Source: Octopus sinensis (Eukaryota). Taken from it: 23,591 bases of DNA. This document shows positions 11,531 to 20,537 of this stretch, one piece after another (positions within the stretch are counted from its first letter, which is position 1; every line of letters starts with the position of its first letter). The notes beneath the pieces were generated by a model. That model was not told the DNA's origin. It made no database searches and saw only the letters and a program-made list of their open reading frames with translations. Both the position numbers and the translations under genes were made by a program. The stretch lies in NCBI RefSeq assembly GCF_006345805.1, contig NW_021836582.1:1-23591 (forward strand), read 5' to 3'.

Positions 11531-11683
11531 ACTATATATAGTCAAGCAGGCAGATATACACAAAAACACTTTAACACATGCTCAAGCCTACACACGCACA
11601 TGTACATTTGCGTGCATGCGGGTGAGCGTGTGTGCATACGTGTATGTGCATACGTGTATGTGTATATGTGTGTGTATATGTGT

Positions 11684-11715
<32 letters not shown>
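11220..11715. repeat. Low-complexity block of (CA/TA/TG)n and (CT)n
   Basis: Read directly from the sequence. It explains the spurious ORFs listed here. Confidence 0.9.
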
Positions 11716-11716
<1 letters not shown>

Positions 11717-12059
11717 GCTCCGACACCCAAACGCGTTAGAGAGATGCAAATTGGAGTAAAAATCCGATAACACGTTGTCTTCACTTTATAGGAGATCAAG
11801 AACGGGCAAGGTCAACAGCTTCGACACGAAGCAAAGCAGCTACAACAAATATAGACTGATATTTGCAAAAGTGCATATCAATCTGTAAAGTTGATCAGTC
11901 ATATTACAGTATTACATTGCAGCACAACTAGGTGGACTGCTGCAGCGAAAAAGCAACTTTCTGCAGCGACGCCATCATACGATGCAACGAATAATATACT
12001 GCGCAAATGATTACACCTACAACATTATTAATATTAATGATTTTTTTGTGGATTAGCAG

Positions 12060-12172
12060 ATATGTTAGTGCGTTGGACTTGATACAACTGCCTTATGGAT
12101 TTCGGCGTCCTGCGTTCGAATCCACCTGGGTTCACTTTTACTTTTTATCCCTCCGGTGTCGATAAAATAGAA
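12060..12172 (+). mobile_element. Old diverged SINE (family A-like head and central domain)
   Basis: gcgttcgaatcc (B box) followed by tttatccctccggtgtcgataaaata. Confidence 0.55.
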
Positions 12173-12405
12173 ATTCAGGCAGGTACTTTTTTTTTTTGTT
12201 GTTGTTTTCTCCCCATCACCATCCCACATTTTCTCCACCGTGCCCTAAGATTCATAAAGCCGGTGACCCAGTTTCCATGGCGTGTAAATGACCGAAATTT
12301 CAATATTGACCCTTCTGAACGGGACGCCGGTCCGTTGAAGGATTCAAGGCTGGCATTTTTGGATGGTAGTGGTGATAATCGATTACATCGCCCCACAGTA
12401 TACGC

Positions 12406-12625
12406 TTACTCTTTACTCTTTTACTAGTTTCAGTCATTTGACTGTGGCCATGCTGGATCACCGCCTTTAGTCGAGCAAATCGACCCCAGGACTTATTTTT
12501 TGTAAGCCTAGAGCTTATTCTATCGGTACCTTTTGCCGAACCGATAAGTTACGGGGACGTAAACACACCAGCATCGGTTGTCAAGCGATGTGGGGGGGGG
12601 GGCAAACACAGACACACAAACACAT

Positions 12626-12666
<41 letters not shown>

Positions 12667-12839
12667 CATATATACGACGGGCTTCTTTCAGTTTCCGGCT
12701 ACCAAATCCACTCACAAGGCTTTGGTCAGCCCGAGGCTATAGTAGAAGACACTTGCCCAAGGTGCCACGCAGTGGGACTGAACCCAGAACCATGTGGTTC
12801 GTAAGCAAGCTACTTACCACACAGCCACTCATACGCCTA
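12406..12839 (-). mobile_element. SINE family C, apparently full length, with an internal (TA)/(TG) microsatellite
   Basis: Head 12675-12839 (A and B boxes), microsatellite about 12610-12675, 3' body 12406-12610 ending in (AAAGAGT)n-like repeats. The same layout occurs at 15486-15890. Confidence 0.8.
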
Positions 12840-12861
12840 TCTGAGTATATGAGTGGTGCTA

Positions 12862-12998
12862 TATTTTATCGATCCCGAAAGGGTGAAAGGCTCGGTGATA
12901 TTTGAACTCAGAACGTAAGTGACCAGAAGAAATGCACTTACGTTTTTTTTTGGTTTTTTTATCGGACATGTTAACAATTTAGCCAGCTCACAGCCTTA
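12862..12998 (-). mobile_element. SINE family A, diverged
   Basis: ttatcgatcccgaaagggtgaaagg, atttgaactcagaacgtaa, gccagctcacagcc. Confidence 0.7.
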
Positions 12999-13074
12999 GG
13001 GAAATGTTGGGATTGATTTAGTCGCCTAACACCATTCTTCAAAGTTGTGCCTAAATTAGAAACAGCCTGATTGT

Positions 13075-13280
13075 GGACAGACAGAATCATTATCATGTCG
13101 GACAAAATGCTTTGCGGTTTTTAGTTGTATCCTTCTGTGATCAAAGTTCAAATCCCGATGGGGTCAACTTTGTCTTTTATCCTTCTGGGTTTAATAAGAT
13201 ATGACACCATTCAAGTACTAGAGGTCAGTTTAATCGAATCCCACCCACCCCTCTCCCCGCATCAAATTTCACGCCGCACG
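13075..13280 (+). mobile_element. SINE family A, diverged
   Basis: aagttcaaatcccgatggggtcaactttgtcttttatccttctgggttt. Confidence 0.6.
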
Positions 13281-13452
13281 CTTCATGGCAATAGACAACT
13301 TTGTTAAGTATTGGCTGAATCGTTAGAACATCGGAGGAAAAGAAAAGTGCCTTGTAGTATATGTTCTGGAACTAAATACTCTGTGTTCAGACACCGCTGA
13401 AGTCAACATCTTTCCCCAAAAGTCTTTAAAATAAAGTACCATACACTTTTCT

Positions 13453-13953
13453 ACTCTAGGCACAAGGAGGGGGCTAGTTGATTAGATTGACCACAGTACG
13501 CAACTGGTACTTAATTTATCGACTCCGAAAGGATAAAAGACGAAGTTGACCTCATTGGAATTTGAACTCACAATGTAAAGAAAGACGAAATACCTATTTA
13601 TTTACTACCCACAAGGTGCTAAACACAGAGAGGACAAACAAGGACAGACAAACGGATTAAGTCGATTATATCGACCCCAGTGCGTAACTGGTACTTAATT
13701 TATCGACCCCGAAAGGATCTTTAAAATACCTATTTCTTTACTACCCACAAGGGGCTAAACACAGAGGGGACAAACAAACGGATTAAGTCGATTATATCGA
13801 CCCCAGTGCGTAACTGGTACTTATTTAATCGACCCCGAAAGGACGAAAGGCAAAGTCGACCTCGGCGGAATTTGAACTCAGAACGTAAAGACAGGCGAAA
13901 TACCGCTAAGCATTTCGCCCGGCGTGCTAACATTTCTGCCAACACGCCGCCTT
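13453..13953 (-). mobile_element. Composite SINE family A with three tandem central domains
   Basis: One head at about 13860-13953. The domain aactggtactta...tcgac(c/t)ccgaaagga recurs near 13500, 13690 and 13810, with a duplicated tail (tacctattt...actacccacaagg) near 13590 and 13726. Confidence 0.8.
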
Positions 13954-14025
13954 AAAATAAGTACCCCACTAACCAAGTACCAGAGTCGATGTAATCAACT
14001 GGTTCCCCTCCCTTACTCGAAATTG

Positions 14026-14225
14026 AGGTGGTGAGCTGGCATGCCGGTTAAAATGCTTTGCAGCATTTCATCCGTCTTTACCTTCTGAATTCAAATTCCA
14101 CCGAAGACGACTTTGCCTTTCGTCTTTTCGGGGTCGATAATATAAGTACCAGTAAAACACTCGGGTCGATGAATTCTATTTACTCCTTCCTCCGAATCAT
14201 CGAGCCGTTTGTCAAAATTTGAAAC
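14026..14225 (+). mobile_element. SINE family A
   Basis: ggtgagctggc, gaattcaaattccaccgaagacgactttgcctttcgtcttttcggggtcgata. Confidence 0.8.
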
Positions 14226-14348
14226 TAATATTTTTCTTGGGCCCCTAGGACGCAGAAAGCATATTGCTCAGTTGCTCAGTTTCCATCGCGTATAAATGGC
14301 CGAGATCGCAACATTACCAGAACGGGACGTCGGTCCATTGCAAGTCAG

Positions 14349-14528
14349 AAATTTCGAGGGGAGAGAACAAATTGATTACATCGATCCCCAGTCAGTACTT
14401 GACTGATAGTTTATCTCATCTACGCAGAAGGGATTAAAGGTAAAGTTGACTTCGAACGTAAGGAGCCGGAAGAAATTCCGCTGAGCATCTTATCCGGCTT
14501 GTTAACGATTCTGCCTGCTCGCCGCCTT
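14349..14528 (-). mobile_element. SINE family A, diverged
   Basis: ttgattacatcgatcccc at one end and gttaacgattctgcctgctcgccgcc at the other. Confidence 0.7.
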
Positions 14529-14577
14529 AATAATATATTACATTTTATAGCACGCTGCAGTCTATTTGTGTAAGCTT

Positions 14578-14609
14578 AACTATGGAAGGAAATCGAAGTA
14601 ATAATCTTT

Positions 14610-14648
<39 letters not shown>

Positions 14649-14795
14649 TATTCAATAGACAATAAACTAATAAACTAATAAACTATGGAACGAATTCGAA
14701 GACAATTTATTATAGACACAACATTTATTGGCAACTCAATTGACTGATAAAACTATTGGATGAAATTGAAGGCAATTTATTCTAGACACAACATT
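14578..14795. repeat. Degenerate tandem repeat of about 70 bp (3 copies), the first interrupted by (CA)n
   Basis: aactatggaaggaaatcgaag (14578), aactatggaacgaattcgaagacaatttattatagacacaacatt (14681), aactattggatgaaattgaaggcaatttattctagacacaacatt (14751). Confidence 0.7.
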
Positions 14796-14962
14796 CATAT
14801 TAGTTATACTATCCGTAAGAAAATTAGTTAGAAAACGAAGTCTTGTTATCAATTCTTCATAGGTATGAGGTTCCATATTTGTTTGTTGGGAAACCCACGC
14901 CACTGTTATTGCGGATGCCTTGCTTTTTGAGATGCTATTTGTATGTATTACCGCAAATAGTG

Positions 14963-15233
14963 ATTTCAAATTTTGGCACCAGACCAGCAAGTTCGTGGAA
15001 GGGTCTAGTCGATTGCATCGACCCCAGTGCTCGATTGGTAATTTTTTTATCAACCCCGAAAGGATAAAAGGCAAAATCGACATCGGCGGAATTTGAACTC
15101 AGGACGTAAAGACGGATGAAATGCTTCTAAAAAATTTGTCCGGCGTGCTAACGAATCTGCCAGAACGTAACGTCTGATGAAATACAGCTACGCATTTCGC
15201 CCGGCGTGCTAACGATTCTGCCAGTTCACCGCT
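14963..15233 (-). mobile_element. SINE family A with a duplicated head
   Basis: ccggcgtgctaacga(a/t)tctgcc occurs twice (about 15140 and 15200), downstream of a full body. Confidence 0.8.
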
Positions 15234-15485
15234 TTATATTACCACAAATAATGAATATCCAACCGTGTAGGGACAACACCATTTACTGTAGCAGCTTCGA
15301 TTAAATATCTTTAAAATCCAACGTAGATTCACCATAGTAAAGTCGGTTTTCAGTTGCTACAGAACTTCATTTAATATCATCTGGTTGTGACATCGAAAAC
15401 TGCTTAAGCATTTTCTTTCTGTATAGAAACCACACGTACTACATATACCAACAACTGAATCTCTATAACAAACCGAATTATCTAT

Positions 15486-15890
15486 CTTTTAACTTTTAAT
15501 TGTTTAAATTATTGAGCTCCGGCTATGCTGGGGCACCAGTGTTTTTAGTCGAGCAAATCGACTAAAACCGAGTATTTATTTTAAAGTCTAGTACTTATTC
15601 TATAAATCACTTTTGCCGAAGCCTGGGTTACGGAAGCGTAAACAGAGTAACGTTGGTTGCCAGGAAGTGTAGGGGACAAACACAGACACAAATACAAAGA
15701 CACGCACACACACACACACGCACACGATAAGCTTCCACACAGTTTTCACTTATAAAATCTACTCACAAGACATTGTTTGGTCCGGGACTATAGCAGAAGA
15801 CATTTGCCCAAGGAGCGACAGCGTTGTGAGATTGAAGCAGAAGCCACGTGTTTGCGAAACTAGCTTCTTAACCACACAGCCATGCCTGCT
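15486..15890 (-). mobile_element. SINE family C, apparently full length, diverged, with internal (CA)n
   Basis: Colinear with 12406-12839. Confidence 0.75.
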
Positions 15891-16258
15891 TATAAGACAG
15901 GTCAATAGATTTTTGTCTCTCGTCTTCCTTTCTTTTTTTATGTATTTGGGTTACTATGTCAGTTTTCCGTGATTTTGGGAAGTTGCCATCAGTCAAGTAG
16001 CTTTGAAAACCATCAGTGATTTGGCTAAGCTCTCTTGCGTATTTTTAGAAAAGCAAGCAAGCCATTGGGGTCTATCTACGGAAGATATTTCATTTGATTC
16101 CGCAGTTACATATACATTGATTGCTTTATCAGACCATCTCAGAAGACTTACAGATTTTCCTCTTTTAAATGGTGTAATGGGGTAATGAGAATGTTTCCGT
16201 GCAGCATTTCCACCGTTCGTGCTCCAACGGAATTAATGTTATGAGAATAATTTGAATT

Positions 16259-16299
16259 TCATAATAATAATAACAACAATAGTAACGATAATAATAATA

Positions 16300-16335
<36 letters not shown>
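16259..16335. repeat. (TAA)n microsatellite, 5' flank of the LINE
   Basis: Read directly from the sequence. Confidence 0.95.
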
Positions 16336-16336
<1 letters not shown>

Positions 16337-19247
16337 TGAAAACCACAGAGCTCAAAATGGACTACCGACCATACCTCCCAAGAATCAAAATAAACGAAAT
16401 AACAACACCTATTATAAACAGCATAAACCTAGCCGTCACTGAACTGATAGCCACTGAATCAAAAAAAAGCCACTGCAGCCACAAAAGAAGCTGGATACTC
16501 ACCCAAACCCGCCAAAACAGGAGTACCACCACCCAAACAAACCCTGTGAATAAATAACCCTGTGGATAAATAAAAGAAAAGCTGAAGCAAGATATCCTTG
16601 CCAAAGTACAAAGGATCCGCCGGTACAAGAAACGCCAACGCTTCTTTGAAGAAAACAAAAAGTTCAACTCCAACCCCAAAAAGTTCTACCAAGAACTGGG
16701 CAAAAATAAAATAGAAGTCACTGCAGCACCAACGGCAGAAGAATTGGAAGAATTCTGGAGAGAAATATGGTCGGCGAACGAACCACCAAAAAAAAGGAGT
16801 ATCAAAATAACAAACTCGGCATCTGAACAACTTTGGACCCCCATAACAACTGAAGAGGTCACCCAGGCACTGCAAAGACTAAGCAACTGGAAGGCACCTG
16901 GGCATGACAAGATCCCCAACTTCTGGTTGAAATATCTAACAGGAATGCACAAAAAGCTGGCTGAAAACTTTAACAACGTACTAGCAGAGCCAGAGACAAT
17001 GCCTGAATGGCTCGCGAAGGGAAAACCATCTTAATTCCCAAATCAAATGAAACAGAAAAACCAGAAAACTACAGACCAATAACCTGCCTCCCTACTATGT
17101 TCAAGGCATTTACTGCAGTGATATCACAAAGGCTGAACAAGCACCTGGACGAAAACAAACTGTTCCCAGAAGAGCAGAAAGGATGCCGCAAAGGCTCATA
17201 TGGCTGTAAAGATCAACTAATGATTAATAAAGCCATGACTGAAGACAGCCACAGAAGAAGAAAGGCCTCAGTATGGCCTGGATTGACTACAAAAAGGCGT
17301 TTGATAGCATCCCCCCACATGGATCCTCGAAACACTAGCCATTAACAAAGTAGCACCAACAATCATAAAATTCATAGAGCACTCTATGAATAAATGGCAA
17401 ACAGTCCTACACCTCCAAACAAAAGAGGGACTCATGAAAACCAAAGACATCCCCATTAGAAGAGGAATATTCCAGGGAGACACGCTCTCTCCACTCCTTT
17501 TCTGCTTGGCACTGTCACCTCTATCTGATATGCTAAATAGAACTGGATGCGGATATAAATGTTACGGCAAAACGATCAGCCACCTTTTATATATGGATGA
17601 CCTAAAACTATACGCTGCAAATGACAAACAGCTGGAAACACTATTAAAGACAGTTCATGGATTTACCAAAGAAATAGATATGAAATTTGGATTAGAAAAA
17701 ATGCGCCAAAGTAACCATGAAAAGAGGAAAACTAGTTAAGAGTAACAACATCACACTAGATAAAACCAATGAAATAAAAGAACTAGACCAAAGCCAAACT
17801 TACAAATACTTAGGAATCCATGAACTAGATAAGACACAACACACACAAATGAAAGAGAAAATAAAAAAAGAATATTATAGACGAGTTAGATCAATACTAA
17901 ACACAGAGCTCAATGCTAAAAACAAGATAATAGGTATCAACACTTTAGCTGTCCCAGTTATAAGTTACAGCTACAATATCCTTAACTGGACACGAGATGA
18001 ACTGACCAAAATAGATAGGAAAACAAGAAAAATAATGACAGGATCTAGGATGCATCACCCAAAATCTGACATAGAAAGACTATATATACAACGTATAGAA
18101 GGTGGTAGAGGCCTTATACAGCTGGAAAACTACTATAAAATAACCACCATAGGACTGCAAAAATATCTACTTCAGAAGGAAGGAAAACTGATCCAGATAG
18201 CGGCAAAACACGAGCAAAACAAAAAACTGTTCTCAGTATTTAAGGAAGCTGACAAATACAAACAAGAAATCATACCACCTAATAAACATGAAGAAGAAGA
18301 AGAAGATGAAGAAACAACAAAAGCTATAAAACAAATGAAATCCAAACTAAAAATAGAACAGCAACGAACCATGATAAAACGATGGCAAGAAAAGCCCCTT
18401 CATGGTAAATACTGGACTAAACTAAACGCAAAAGAAATAGACAAAGAAAAATCCCAGCAATGGTTGAGAAGCTCAGGACTCAAAGCAGAAACAGAGGGAT
18501 TTTTAATTGCAGCACAAGACCAAAGCCTCCCCACCAGAAATTACCAAAAACATGTAATGAAAAGAAATATTACAAGTAACTGCAGAATATGTGGAGATGG
18601 ACAAGAAACAATAAATCATATTATCTCTAGCTGCCCAGTCCTGGCTAAGAAGGAATATATTCACAGACATGACAGAGTTGGAACCTACATACATTGGAAG
18701 CTATGCCAACATTATGGAATAACAACAGAAAAAAGATGGTATAGGCACACACCAGAAAAGGTCACAGAAAACGAGAAAGCAACCATACTCTGGGATATGC
18801 CGATACACACAGATAGAGAAATTAAGGCCAACAGACCAGATATAGTTGTCAGAGATCATGAAGAAAAAAAATGCTTTCTAATTGATGTATCAATACCGGC
18901 TGATGACAACGTGTCTCTAAAAGAAATGGAGAAACTCTCAAAATACAAAGACCTGGAAATAGAGGTAACTAGAATGTGGAATCTGAAAACAGAAACAATT
19001 CCTATCATAGTAGGTGCATTAGGCATGATAAAAAAATATTCAGACAAATACATAACAAAAACACCAGGACTTACAAACACATATAACATACAGAAAATTG
19101 CACTACTAGGCACTGCACACATCCTACGCAGAACACTTTCCATACAATAACCATCAGAGCATCACAACAAATCACAGCACATACCCAAGGCACACAGAGC
19201 TGCGCTCGGTAGTGAAGTGAAAGCACGCTATAAAAATAAAACTACTG
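16336..19247 (+). mobile_element. Non-LTR retrotransposon with RT and C-terminal restriction-like endonuclease (R4/Dong-like), 5'-truncated
   Basis: RT motifs NWKAPGHD, NYRPITCL, WIDYKKAFDS, RGIFQGDTLSP and YMDDLKLY (17590-17601). CCHC knuckle CRICGDGQETINHIISSC (18581-18634), RHD and RLE PDIVV...IDVSIP...KLSKY. 3' UTR of about 100 bp, with (TAA)n on both sides. Confidence 0.93.
16570..19150 (+). pseudogene. RT-RLE polyprotein reading frame broken by four single-base frameshifts
   Basis: Joining the frames gives a continuous RT-RLE protein. Shifts fall at about 17022-17025, 17261-17263, 17311-17316 and 17696-17701. I saw no in-frame stop in the joined frame. Confidence 0.88.
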
Positions 19248-19267
19248 AATAATAATAATAATGATAA

Positions 19268-19790
19268 TGCCCTGACGCAGTACGAGGCAGTGGCTCTCAT
19301 GGCTTCTGATCTTAACTGATTGGAAGTGTTATCATGTACATTGTTTTGTCTTGGTATAAAAGATGGGCTACAGCAAATATTCTGCTCAATACCAAAGATT
19401 TGCTTGTCAGTTGCTTGACCTTAATCAGTTGACCATGTCTCTTAGTGGCTGACGATATGTGCATCTCTGATCACGAGCAGAAGTAGTGGGGGAGCATCAT
19501 AGCCATGTGTTGAGAGGGATTTTTGGGGGTTTGAATAATTAACCTCTGGAAACATGGGTGTTTCGTTCAACATCCTTAAACAACCCTTATTCAGGGACCT
19601 TTTGAGCAGGATGAGTTACTCGACCAGAAGAAAATTCTAACTGGGCCCCACCTGCAAGGTCATGTGCTGTTTATCTTGATATGAGATCACCATGTCGCGC
19701 ACATATAGTTGTGATGCATGTGCCTGGTGTATGCATGTGCCGGGTAGTCATGATAAGTATACTGGGCTTCGTATATTTTACCCCATATCA
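19268..19790. mobile_element. Unclassified interspersed repeat next to the LINE's (TAA)n tail
   Basis: Non-coding block of about 520 bp with more balanced base composition, starting right after the (AAT)n. It resembles an abundant octopus repeat from memory only. Confidence 0.4.
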
Positions 19791-19975
19791 ACATCTATTG
19801 GTAAGATTGCAAACCAAACGAAAATTTTGGAAGAAAAAATATAAATAATGAGTAAACCGGTGAGTGTGTTACATAATAATGCATTAAGACAATATGGCTC
19901 TCCGCAGACGCAACAAGATTTTCTCCAACACACGAATTCACATAAATAATCTTGCACACCAGATACAAAAACGAA

Positions 19976-19977
<2 letters not shown>

Positions 19978-20028
<51 letters not shown>

Positions 20029-20245
20029 TATATATATATATATTATATTAAATTAGAGACAAAACCACTATTATGCAAATCAAACAAAGAAAGACTTAAT
20101 CCAATACATAAATTAATTTATATTATTTAGAAATTTAACAATTATTAATATCCACTACGATCGCTTCATGTCTTCTTTTCAGAATAAAATCTCTCTATAC
20201 TATAATATTTATTAATAAATAACTATGATAAATGAAACTAATACA

Positions 20246-20312
<67 letters not shown>

Positions 20313-20346
20313 TATATATACAATATATATATATATATATATATAT
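19978..20346. repeat. Two (TA)n tracts (19978-20043, about 20250-20346) around an AT-rich island
   Basis: Read directly from the sequence. Confidence 0.9.
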
Positions 20347-20500
20347 GGAGTGGCTGTGTGGTAAGTAGCTTGCTAACCAACCACATGGTTCTGGATTTAA
20401 TCCCACTGCGTGGCATCTTGGGCAAGTGTCTTCTGCTATAGCCCCGGGCCGACCATGCTTTGTGAGTGGATTTGGTAGACGGAACTGAAAGAAGCCTGTC

Positions 20501-20502
<2 letters not shown>
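20347..20502 (+). mobile_element. SINE family C head
   Basis: ggagtggctgtgtggtaagtagcttgc, ttgggcaagtgtcttct, gaaagaagcctgtcgta, then (TA)n. Confidence 0.85.
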
Positions 20503-20531
<29 letters not shown>

Positions 20532-20537
20532 TATTAT

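Noticed and set aside
9949-11799. Many ORFs of 60-164 aa rich in CV, HT, YI or ER repeats
   Set aside because: These are translations of dinucleotide and tetranucleotide microsatellites. The same applies to ORFs near 2993-3889 and 19894-22868.
15172-15185. ctgatgaaa inside a SINE head
   Set aside because: It is a mutated version of the SINE word gacggacgaaat, with no stems.
16362-19143. Minus-strand ORFs opposite the LINE
   Set aside because: They are antisense shadows of an A-rich coding strand, with no motifs.
20145-20190. Minus-strand CTGAAAAGAAGACATGAAGCGATCGTAGTGG as a hammerhead with a GATC loop and GUA triplet
   Set aside because: Both core segments are non-canonical (CUGAAAA, GAAG), and there is no stem II or 5' stem I partner. 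It could be a relic but is not supportable here.
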